Below are positions 45,653-52,670 of a stretch of 52,670 nucleotides of DNA, in pieces (within the stretch, counting starts at the first letter, position 1; every line of letters starts with the position of its first letter). The notes beneath the pieces are model-generated. The model did no database searches. It worked only from the letters and a program-made list of their open reading frames with translations, and had not been told where the DNA came from. The DNA comes from a virus. Its lineage: Duplodnaviria > Caudoviricetes. The position numbers and the translations under genes were made by a program. Location of the stretch: positions 1 to 52,670 of the IMG/VR virus record IMGVR_UViG_3300034068_000720; one strand, given 5' to 3'.

Positions 45653-46186
45653 ATGAACAAGTGGCTCGCTGGACTATGTGTAGGTATTGCAGTAATTTTT
45701 ATGATCAGGATTGAGGACCAACTTGAAGATATTCAAGCACAGGTGCAGGACCTTAATCACATTGTTAAAACCAATCAAGGTATCGCTCTTACTTCTGCAG
45801 ATGTTGATTGCATGACAAAAAATATCTATTACGAAGCAGGAGTTGAGGATAAAGTTGGCAAGTATGCAGTGGGCCATATCACAATGAATCGATTAAAGAC
45901 TGGCTACTGGGGCAAGAGCGTTTGTGATGTTGTTTACTCCAAAGACCAATTCTCTTGGACCAGACTGAAAAAGCTTCCCAAGCCTGATCAAGAAAAATGG
46001 ATCGAAAGCATGTTCATTGCCAGAGACGTAATACAGGGATATAGGGTTGCCAGTTTAGGCAATGGATTGTTTTACCATGCTGACTACATTAAAGATCCAC
46101 ATTGGGTAGATCACAAGCATAAAATTACCCAAATTGGCCGTCATATTTTCTATAATAAAGCCAAAAACAGCTGGTTAGAGTTGTAA
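45653..46186 (+). CDS. Cell wall hydrolase (SleB/Hydrolase_2 family)
   Basis: CMTKNIYYEA, NRL, VCDVV..QFSW, FYHADY, IGRHIFY. Confidence 0.9.
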   Translation: MNKWLAGLCVGIAVIFMIRIEDQLEDIQAQVQDLNHIVKTNQGIALTSADVDCMTKNIYYEAGVEDKVGKYAVGHITMNRLKTGYWGKSVCDVVYSKDQFSWTRLKKLPKPDQEKWIESMFIARDVIQGYRVASLGNGLFYHADYIKDPHWVDHKHKITQIGRHIFYNKAKNSWLEL

Positions 46187-46204
46187 AAATGCAACAATAA
46201 CCCT

Positions 46205-46314
46205 TGTTGCTAAAATACAACAAAAATAGGCTCAAAATACCCCAGAAAATGGTTGACCAAAGGCTCAAGACCGCTTATAATCAATACATGTTAAGCAAAA
46301 AGGAGTTCAAGATG
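46205..46314 (+). repeat. 110-bp early promoter/RBS cassette, copy 1
   Basis: About 10 mismatches to 49991..50100; palindrome, TTGACC-17-TATAAT, AAGGAG, ATG. Confidence 0.9.
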
Positions 46315-46590
46315 AGTTATGTAATTGTTGCAAAAGGTACCGGTTTAATCGTTACAGATGGTCCTAACAAAACCCGTGCATACAAAACTTTTGGTGCCGC
46401 CCGTGCTACCAGAACTCGTTTGTGTAACAAAGCAGGTTGGACTGAAGACCAGTTGAACATTGTGAGCCGTGACACTTACCGTGCCCCTAAGATTACAGTT
46501 CGTAATTTGATGACAGGTGTGCCAGTAGAAATTGATGCTGATACACCTTGGGCTTGCCGTGTTGACAGCGAAGCATTTTGGAGCAATTGA
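46312..46590 (+). CDS. Hypothetical early protein
   Basis: AAGGAG SD; ends TPWACRVDSEAFWS. Confidence 0.75.
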   Translation: MSYVIVAKGTGLIVTDGPNKTRAYKTFGAARATRTRLCNKAGWTEDQLNIVSRDTYRAPKITVRNLMTGVPVEIDADTPWACRVDSEAFWSN

Positions 46591-46591
46591 T

Positions 46592-46735
46592 ATGAAAGTG
46601 ATTTATAACGGTTTATTGGGTGGATGGTACATTGTGCGTGGCGCACATCAGACACCCATCAGTGGACGTTTTGAAACCAAAGAAGCCGCGGTGGCTCACT
46701 TGCGTAGACGCAATCCCATGCATACAGGAGTTTGA
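46592..46735 (+). CDS. Small hypothetical protein
   Basis: GGAG SD; GGWYIVRGAHQTPISGRF. Confidence 0.65.
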   Translation: MKVIYNGLLGGWYIVRGAHQTPISGRFETKEAAVAHLRRRNPMHTGV

Positions 46736-46736
46736 T

Positions 46737-46976
46737 ATGATATTCCCAGGTAAAAAAATAGCTCTAAATCGTGTGGGTCCACGTGAGATTTCCACAGTTG
46801 AACTTCCTAGGTTTGCTGTCGAAGATCGTGTACAGTACGAAACCTGCGTGTTCTTGGACGATGGTTCTAGCGATGTGGTTGGTCGCTATAACACCTTGGA
46901 AGAAGCACACCATTTTCATAACGCCATAGTCAGACACGAATTGTTTCATAACGATGTTGCTAAAACACAACAATAA
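46737..46976 (+). CDS. Hypothetical protein
   Basis: AGGAG SD; YETCVF..RYNTLEEA..H. Confidence 0.7.
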   Translation: MIFPGKKIALNRVGPREISTVELPRFAVEDRVQYETCVFLDDGSSDVVGRYNTLEEAHHFHNAIVRHELFHNDVAKTQQ

Positions 46977-47029
46977 CCCTGAATACTCAAGGGTCATAGG
47001 TTGCTCACTGGACCAAGACCGTTTATAAT
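46955..47029 (+). promoter_or_regulatory. Early promoter cassette variant
   Basis: TGTTGCTAAAACACAACA; ACCCT/AGGGT hairpin; TTGCTC-17-TATAAT. Confidence 0.65.
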
Positions 47030-47059
47030 ACATACATGTTGAACAAAAAGGAACTTGAA

Positions 47060-47335
47060 ATGACAGCATCGATTAGAGAAGCAGTTGGCCGCAATATGCA
47101 ACGTGAACGTGAAATCGGCATGTATGGTGTTACTGAAGACGCCTTGCGTGAAAACATTGAAAGTTCAATTACTTTTAAACTGTCAGGTCCTATGATGATT
47201 GTGGCAGGCATGCTGAGTGACGCACAAGAGATGATGGCATATGAGCAACCTGACTTTCGCACTATTGAAGCTCAACGTCAATTGCTCAATCGTGCCAAGT
47301 GGGTTTTGTTTGAATACATGGACACAACGAAATAA
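47060..47335 (+). CDS. Hypothetical early protein
   Basis: AAGGA SD. Confidence 0.7.
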   Translation: MTASIREAVGRNMQREREIGMYGVTEDALRENIESSITFKLSGPMMIVAGMLSDAQEMMAYEQPDFRTIEAQRQLLNRAKWVLFEYMDTTK

Positions 47336-47344
47336 GGAATTATT

Positions 47345-47512
47345 ATGAAAATCTCTACCGCTATCTCAGTATTACAAAAAGATGCAGACTTTTTGGGTAT
47401 GCCTTTATTGGACTTCTTGAAGTTCGTTAAAACAAACCCCATGGCTCAAACTCAAAAGACCATGGAAGCTTATCGTGTGTTTGAAGCTCAGGCCGCAGAG
47501 TTCTTTGCTTAA
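47345..47512 (+). CDS. Small hypothetical protein (55 aa)
   Basis: AAGGA SD; MKISTAISVLQKDADFLGM.. Confidence 0.65.
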   Translation: MKISTAISVLQKDADFLGMPLLDFLKFVKTNPMAQTQKTMEAYRVFEAQAAEFFA

Positions 47513-47552
47513 GGAGAAATTATGAAAGCACTTATTGGATCAGTATCTGGTA

Positions 47553-49013
47553 TCATAGTGCTAGTAATTTTTTAATGTAAGACTGTATGTGATTTTTTCC
47601 TGTTTCAACCAATTGACTTGTGCTGAAACTTATTTTGCTAAGTTTTTTCTCAAACAACGTTTTATCAAATCCGTATTGCATCAACATCAAGGTATACCAA
47701 GATCCAAACCTAGCTGTAATTGCTCCTTGTCTTGGTGCCAACTCTTTTAAGAAAACTTCTACATCATAGTAATTCCACTGATCGTTGACCCATGCCCAGG
47801 GTCTTTTCTGATAAGGAAATGTATAACCGTAATTGGTTGCGTTTCTCTCAAACTCACTGAGATTTTTGGAATCACCATTTTGATTCATTCCTAGAGTGTG
47901 TAGCGCCATATGATGTAGATCATTTTGTTCAAACCAATCCAATGTACTGTTTATGCTCTCTTTATTATCCCCGGGCAAGCCTACGATAAAACTTAAAGTT
48001 TGATAGACCTTGTTACCCCAGATATCGTGATATAATCGCGGAATATAGTCTCTGGCTTTCTTGCCACTCCAGGCTTTTCCTATAACTGTTGATCCTTTTT
48101 CTCCGAGAGTTTCAATACCGTGAAATGCCGCCAGCAGACCCGACTCGGCCAGCATGTAAGGTACATCTTCATACCTATCTAATAAGTCTGCTCTTAGGTA
48201 TGCAGTATAGTTAATTTTAAAAGGCAAAGATGTAACCATCTTATGCCATTCCCGCATCTTGTATTCTGTATCATTGAATGTATCGCAGATAACATAATAA
48301 TTTGTTATTCCCCATTTCGCGTAGTTATGTAATAACTCAGTTTTGATTAATTCCATACTTCTAAGATAATCTAATTTTCCTCTGCCCAACATCAAGTGGT
48401 TACAAAACTTACATTTAAAAATACAGCCCCGGCTGATTTCTATTGGTAAGGTTTCTCCGGGCATAATACAATCACTGTCAGTAAACAAATGATTATCTGT
48501 TTCTATATTAAATTGTAGATTTCTTGCAGACTTGTAATTTTTAAAAAGTCCCCAGGACTTAATTTCAAATTCGAATAACGGTTGTTCTCCGTGTCCTTTG
48601 TAAAATTTTAAAAGTTCAACAAAGGTATCTTCACCGTATTCTAAAATACAGGCATAATCCTTCTTTACGATGTTGTCCTTAGTTGTGGGAGACGATGCTT
48701 GATACCCACCAAAGACTAATTTTATCTTGGGATATTCTTTGGTTATGCGATTAATTACATTAATGACATAATCAGGAATTAATCCTTTTTCAGTTAAAAA
48801 TGTTGTAGAGATTCCTAATACACAGGTTGTTGGTGTAATAAATTTTACTGTTAATGTGTATAGTTCTTCCTCAGTAAGATGTAAAAGGTGATCGATTACT
48901 TGAGCTGTATATCCTGCATCTCTGGTAGCTTTTGCAATTTTATAAGCACCGAGAGTCCTATGTATCATATATTTGTTGAGACCAGGACCAGCATTCCATA
49001 AAATTACATCCAT
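47553..49013 (-). CDS. B12-binding-type radical SAM protein, paralog of 38488..40116
   Basis: LGAYKIA, EISRGCIFKCKFC, DTFND, HGIET, IVGLPG. Confidence 0.9.
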   Translation of the reverse strand: MDVILWNAGPGLNKYMIHRTLGAYKIAKATRDAGYTAQVIDHLLHLTEEELYTLTVKFITPTTCVLGISTTFLTEKGLIPDYVINVINRITKEYPKIKLVFGGYQASSPTTKDNIVKKDYACILEYGEDTFVELLKFYKGHGEQPLFEFEIKSWGLFKNYKSARNLQFNIETDNHLFTDSDCIMPGETLPIEISRGCIFKCKFCNHLMLGRGKLDYLRSMELIKTELLHNYAKWGITNYYVICDTFNDTEYKMREWHKMVTSLPFKINYTAYLRADLLDRYEDVPYMLAESGLLAAFHGIETLGEKGSTVIGKAWSGKKARDYIPRLYHDIWGNKVYQTLSFIVGLPGDNKESINSTLDWFEQNDLHHMALHTLGMNQNGDSKNLSEFERNATNYGYTFPYQKRPWAWVNDQWNYYDVEVFLKELAPRQGAITARFGSWYTLMLMQYGFDKTLFEKKLSKISFSTSQLVETGKNHIQSYIKKLLAL

Positions 49014-49049
49014 AAAATTCCTTTTATATTAGATATTTATCACAATCTC

Positions 49050-49078
49050 TTGACACAAATTGGTTCTTGTGTTATAAT
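49050..49078 (+). promoter_or_regulatory. sigma70-type early promoter
   Basis: TTGACA-17-TATAAT with extended TG. Confidence 0.75.
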
Positions 49079-49103
49079 TGGTACTTAGAAACAAGGAGTT
49101 GAT

Positions 49104-49313
49104 ATGGGTTACAAGATTTTGAATTCCGTAGACCGTATGCGTGAAAAGTATGGTCCACGTGCGGGCCTAGAAGGTCCTTTCAACTTCAATGGTCGTGTGT
49201 TATACTACGATGTCAGGGAAGGTGCCTACTACGATCCAACCACAGACTTCTACCTGGCCCAGGATGAGATGTACATGATTGAGCAACGAATCGTAGACAC
49301 CTTATCACAATGA
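49104..49313 (+). CDS. Hypothetical phage protein
   Basis: AAGGAG SD; GLEGPF..GRVLYYD.REGAYYDP. Confidence 0.75.
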   Translation: MGYKILNSVDRMREKYGPRAGLEGPFNFNGRVLYYDVREGAYYDPTTDFYLAQDEMYMIEQRIVDTLSQ

Positions 49314-49543
49314 AGTTTGACTTTGATGAAGTGCTACAGTGGGCAGGTGCAGTTTTAATTATTGCAGGGCACTCATTGAACGCCATTGGCCCTTCAATGT
49401 ATCCTTATAATATTGTGGTCTTTGCCCTAGGAACCGTAGCGTTTTTAACCTGGGCCATTCGTGCAGGGAATCGACCACAAATGGCAGTTAATTTAGTGTC
49501 AATAGCCATTGGACTTGTAGGGTTAATATCTGCCTTTGGTTGA
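49310..49543 (+). CDS. Small three-helix membrane protein
   Basis: Hydrophobic segments, YPYNI. Confidence 0.7.
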   Translation: MKFDFDEVLQWAGAVLIIAGHSLNAIGPSMYPYNIVVFALGTVAFLTWAIRAGNRPQMAVNLVSIAIGLVGLISAFG

Positions 49544-49598
49544 CCAAAAATTTCCAACCTGCTATAATACTTGTATCAAGACTAAACAAGGATTAAAA

Positions 49599-49958
49599 AT
49601 GAAATTGCGTGTCGTAACATGGTTTTTTGTTACCTACCTTGACGGTGACTATGGTTTTGGTAAGCGTAATAATGAATACTTTTACATTCCTGACGATGAA
49701 ACATATAAAAAACATTTTCGAAAAGACTGGAAAATGTTGGATTTTATTTTGTACCAGTTAGCACCTAAAATTGTATTAAACAATAAAACAATACAAGCAA
49801 ATCCCAAGCGATATGGAGAAATAATATCTGACTGGGAATTAGTTGACAACAGCTTTTTAACGGAATATGAGCAGTACCAAATTTGGCGCCATGGCGAGGT
49901 CTGTGACCCTACTCCGATTATACCGTCCTTTGTAGCCGGTCCTGGCGTCAGATATTAG
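49599..49958 (+). CDS. Hypothetical early protein
   Basis: TTGACC-17-TATAAT at 49540; AAGGA SD. Confidence 0.65.
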   Translation: MKLRVVTWFFVTYLDGDYGFGKRNNEYFYIPDDETYKKHFRKDWKMLDFILYQLAPKIVLNNKTIQANPKRYGEIISDWELVDNSFLTEYEQYQIWRHGEVCDPTPIIPSFVAGPGVRY

Positions 49959-49990
49959 GTGAAATTCTGCTTAATTTTTAAGCAGAAAAG

Positions 49991-50100
49991 TGTTGCTAAA
50001 ATACAACAAAAATAGGCTCAAAATAACCCAAAAAACGGTTGACCAAAACCTAAAAACCGCTTATAATACATACATGTTAAGCAAAAAGGAGTTCAAAATG
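49991..50100 (+). repeat. 110-bp early promoter/RBS cassette, copy 2
   Basis: Near-identical to 46205..46314. Confidence 0.9.
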
Positions 50101-50481
50101 GAAGACTTTAAAAGCTGGGAAGAGATGAGCGATTTGGAGCAAGCCCAATGCACTTTTTGGGACATGTACAAGGATGCTTATGGCTTCCGTCCCCGCGGTA
50201 TTGATACTTCTACTTGGACTCTTGAGCAGTTCCAAGATGAGTTTGTGATCTTGGGTCAAGCCATTGACCGCGAAGAGACAGCTCGCAAGGCTTCCGAAGC
50301 TGAGGCAATCGACAAGTTCGAGAAGCATGTAGTCAACACCATCTGTATGGGTGCTGGTGACCGTGCTACGGCACTTCGTTGGATCATGGATGCTTCTAGT
50401 GCCAATGGTGATTGGGAATATCTTTGCTACGATCTGGGCCTCCCATATCGCTACTTTTCGGTTGACAAGGTTGCAGTTTAA
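50098..50481 (+). CDS. Hypothetical early phage protein
   Basis: WDMYKDAYGFRPR, GAGDRATALRWI. Confidence 0.8.
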   Translation: MEDFKSWEEMSDLEQAQCTFWDMYKDAYGFRPRGIDTSTWTLEQFQDEFVILGQAIDREETARKASEAEAIDKFEKHVVNTICMGAGDRATALRWIMDASSANGDWEYLCYDLGLPYRYFSVDKVAV

Positions 50482-50517
50482 TTGTATAATACAAACATGT
50501 TCAAAAAGGAGTTAACG

Positions 50518-50775
50518 ATGTCAGCATTAAAAACATACTTGGTTCGTAAAAACGCATATGGTACAATCTTTGGTGCCAAAGAACTTACCCTGGACAATGC
50601 TACGGACCGTCAACGGATTGCTGATTCGATTGACTCAGATCTGAGTCCTGAGAATTTGTCATGCGACGGTGAGTTGCCCCGTAGTCTGGTTCAAGCCCGT
50701 TACAAGGAATTGACAGCCGCGGCAAAAGAATTGCAAAAGTTGGATCCCTCTGTTAAGTTTTACGAATTTGCTTAA
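50518..50775 (+). CDS. Hypothetical early phage protein
   Basis: TTGACA-17-TATAAT at 50462; AAGGAG SD; LSPENLSCDGE. Confidence 0.8.
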   Translation: MSALKTYLVRKNAYGTIFGAKELTLDNATDRQRIADSIDSDLSPENLSCDGELPRSLVQARYKELTAAAKELQKLDPSVKFYEFA

Positions 50776-50784
50776 GGAATAAAA

Positions 50785-51195
50785 ATGGCATACGTTAGTC
50801 AAGAACTCAAAAGTAAGTTAAGCCCTGCTATCAAGGCAGTTTGCAAAAAGTATGGCATCAAGGCCAGTATTGCAGTTCGCAGTCACATGACCCTGTGTCT
50901 TAATATCAAAAGCGGTGCTATTGATTTTATTGGTAACAGCAATCGTGTGTGTGGTGCAGACTTTTACCAAGTGGCACGAGGCTTTAAACCCAACACCACT
51001 GGTTACGATCAAGTAAACCCTTATCACTTTCAAAATCATTATGATGGTGATGCTCGAGCATTCTTGACTGAGGTACTTGCAGTTATGAATGACGGTAACT
51101 GGGACAAGAGTGACATCCAAAGTGATTACTTTAATGTAGGTTGGTATGTGGATGTGAACATTGGCACCTGGAACAAGCCTTATACAGTAGCATAA
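50785..51195 (+). CDS. Hypothetical early phage protein
   Basis: AAGGA SD; DKSDIQSDYFNVGWY. Confidence 0.8.
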   Translation: MAYVSQELKSKLSPAIKAVCKKYGIKASIAVRSHMTLCLNIKSGAIDFIGNSNRVCGADFYQVARGFKPNTTGYDQVNPYHFQNHYDGDARAFLTEVLAVMNDGNWDKSDIQSDYFNVGWYVDVNIGTWNKPYTVA

Positions 51196-51386
51196 TGCCT
51201 TATAACATTGAGTTCCCTGCCTTGTATGCAATAACACAAATGCAAGCAGATAGGCTTAGAGCAGTTGGTGATAATTTAGAATACTATTCAGTAGATGTAA
51301 GGATTGATTATGAGCGGTGGATTCAGTACCAAACGGAATATGGCAAATGGTCGAGGGATTCCGTATCCAATGACTTCAATGGCTGA
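51195..51386 (+). CDS. Small hypothetical protein
   Basis: TAATG coupling to upstream gene. Confidence 0.5.
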   Translation: MPYNIEFPALYAITQMQADRLRAVGDNLEYYSVDVRIDYERWIQYQTEYGKWSRDSVSNDFNG

Positions 51387-51414
51387 AGCAAATCAAAAAC
51401 GTAGAAAGACTAAA

Positions 51415-51681
51415 ATGAGTTTCAAACAAAAACTTCGCGAGTGGTTGTACGATGACAGCAACGAGACGCCACCTCACATTGAGCGTGATGAGAATGACTT
51501 GCGTGAAGAACAGGCTATCAACTTTAGTATAATCCCTGCGGCAGGTGGTCGCATTGTACAGGTACGGGTTTATGACCATCGCAAAGATCACAATGTGACT
51601 AAACTGCATATCATTACGCCCGAAGAGAACTTGGCTGAGAGCCTTGCACAAATCTTACAAATCGAACAACTGAGCCGATAA
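51415..51681 (+). CDS. Hypothetical protein
   Basis: AAGGRIV..YD..D..LHII; start may be 51379. Confidence 0.65.
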   Translation: MSFKQKLREWLYDDSNETPPHIERDENDLREEQAINFSIIPAAGGRIVQVRVYDHRKDHNVTKLHIITPEENLAESLAQILQIEQLSR

Positions 51682-51995
51682 TGGACGCATACAAGGAAGT
51701 TACCGGCGGCCAGTTTCCTGCCCACACTTATCTATTGGATGGCAACAACTTGGTGGCCTACATTAAGATAGGAGAGCAGAAGCCTTTCTATTTTAAGAAT
51801 CCAATTAAAGGATTTGACCGACGTGGTCGCAAGTTTATAAAGACTGATTCTAAGACTTTCAATGCCAAGGTAGTGAGCCATCTCATTGAGGTAAAAGGAT
51901 CAAATGGCAATAGTTACCAAGTTGATCCGGAAGCACGTACATGCACCTGCCCTGGCTTTTCATTTCGTGGATCATGCAAACATATAAATGTATAA
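51681..51995 (+). CDS. SWIM zinc-finger protein
   Basis: GSNGNSY, CTCPGFSFRGSCKH. Confidence 0.8.
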   Translation: MDAYKEVTGGQFPAHTYLLDGNNLVAYIKIGEQKPFYFKNPIKGFDRRGRKFIKTDSKTFNAKVVSHLIEVKGSNGNSYQVDPEARTCTCPGFSFRGSCKHINV

Positions 51996-52670
51996 CCATA
52001 ATGACATATTAATTGTAGGTGATAGCTTTGTAAAGGATAGGTCACACCCAACTGACTGGCCCATGGCATTGTTAACAATGCTGACAGGAAGCAAAGAGAC
52101 ACCAAATGGTGTAGGCATCGGCGGAACGTCTTGGTGGACTGCTAGAAAATGCATTGTCGATGCATTACAAAATCAGCCACCAAAAATTCTAATCATTTGT
52201 CATACTGACCCACTTCGTTTACCCAGCGACAAGGATATTGGACTCAATTCCGGCACAGTATTAGGTCAAAAATATGATACTAAAAATTCATATTGGTATT
52301 CTAAATTAGAGTTTGATGCCGCCGCAATGTATTATACTCATTTAATATCTACTGAGTTTCATAACTGGGCAAGAGACCAATGGTATAATGAATTAGACAG
52401 TCTTGTATTATCAGTTCCAATTGTTATTCACTTGCATTGTTTCCCAGACATTAAGTTTAGTAAACAAACAGAAAGTTTTGCTTTTAAGCACGGTATTACC
52501 TCAACTGAAATACTATTTGAATTACAGGTACAGGAATCTGGATCCGTACATGGTATTCATCCAGTTACATTTAGAAACCACTTTAGTCCAGAGAACAATG
52601 TCAAGATTGCCCAGACCCTTTATAGTGCTGTTATGACATTTGATCCTGCTAAGAATGGAACCAAACAGGA
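51988..52670 (+). CDS. SGNH-like hypothetical protein, runs off the window end
   Basis: MYNHNDILIVGDSF..W..GIGGTSWW..RNHF; frame open to the end. Confidence 0.65.
   Translation, partial: MYNHNDILIVGDSFVKDRSHPTDWPMALLTMLTGSKETPNGVGIGGTSWWTARKCIVDALQNQPPKILIICHTDPLRLPSDKDIGLNSGTVLGQKYDTKNSYWYSKLEFDAAAMYYTHLISTEFHNWARDQWYNELDSLVLSVPIVIHLHCFPDIKFSKQTESFAFKHGITSTEILFELQVQESGSVHGIHPVTFRNHFSPENNVKIAQTLYSAVMTFDPAKNGTKQ

Noticed and set aside
46204-50097. Shared N-terminus MLLKYNKNRLKI of ORFs 46204 and 49990
   Set aside because: It is the translation of the duplicated promoter cassette; the real starts follow the SD at 46312 and 50098.
1-52670. Stop-codon reassignment
   Set aside because: Genes are intact and densely packed under code 11, and no suppressor tRNA was found.

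Overview
A 52.7 kb segment of what is most likely a large T4-like ('huge') dsDNA phage genome. The Bug/TctC protein, DUF4214 protein, AhpC/AhpD, IscU/IscA and desaturase suggest a freshwater Betaproteobacteria host (inference). The window has no virion structural or replication genes. It holds (i) short early genes behind strong sigma70 promoters with a repeated palindromic operator; (ii) host-derived auxiliary genes (ahpC-psiE-ahpD-fpr behind an OxyR-type site, iscU-iscA, clpP, desaturase, D,D-carboxypeptidase, subtilase); (iii) a dispersed set of about 25 tailoring enzymes (12 Fe/2OG or cupin-like oxygenases, 3 radical SAM, 2 sulfotransferases, 2 methyltransferases, 2 PP-loop proteins, GNAT, P450, APS kinase), many starting 4-5 nt after a TAARTA late-promoter-like motif; and (iv) 27 tRNA genes covering all 20 amino acids in two arrays, interleaved with several unrecognised structured RNAs. 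Main finding: each tRNA array is preceded by promoter, leaderless mini-ORF, antiterminator and terminator, and each mini-ORF is built almost entirely from the amino acids served by the tRNAs of its own array. This looks like ribosome-mediated attenuation that switches on phage tRNAs when the matching host tRNAs run short. All calls come from manual reading; no searches were run.
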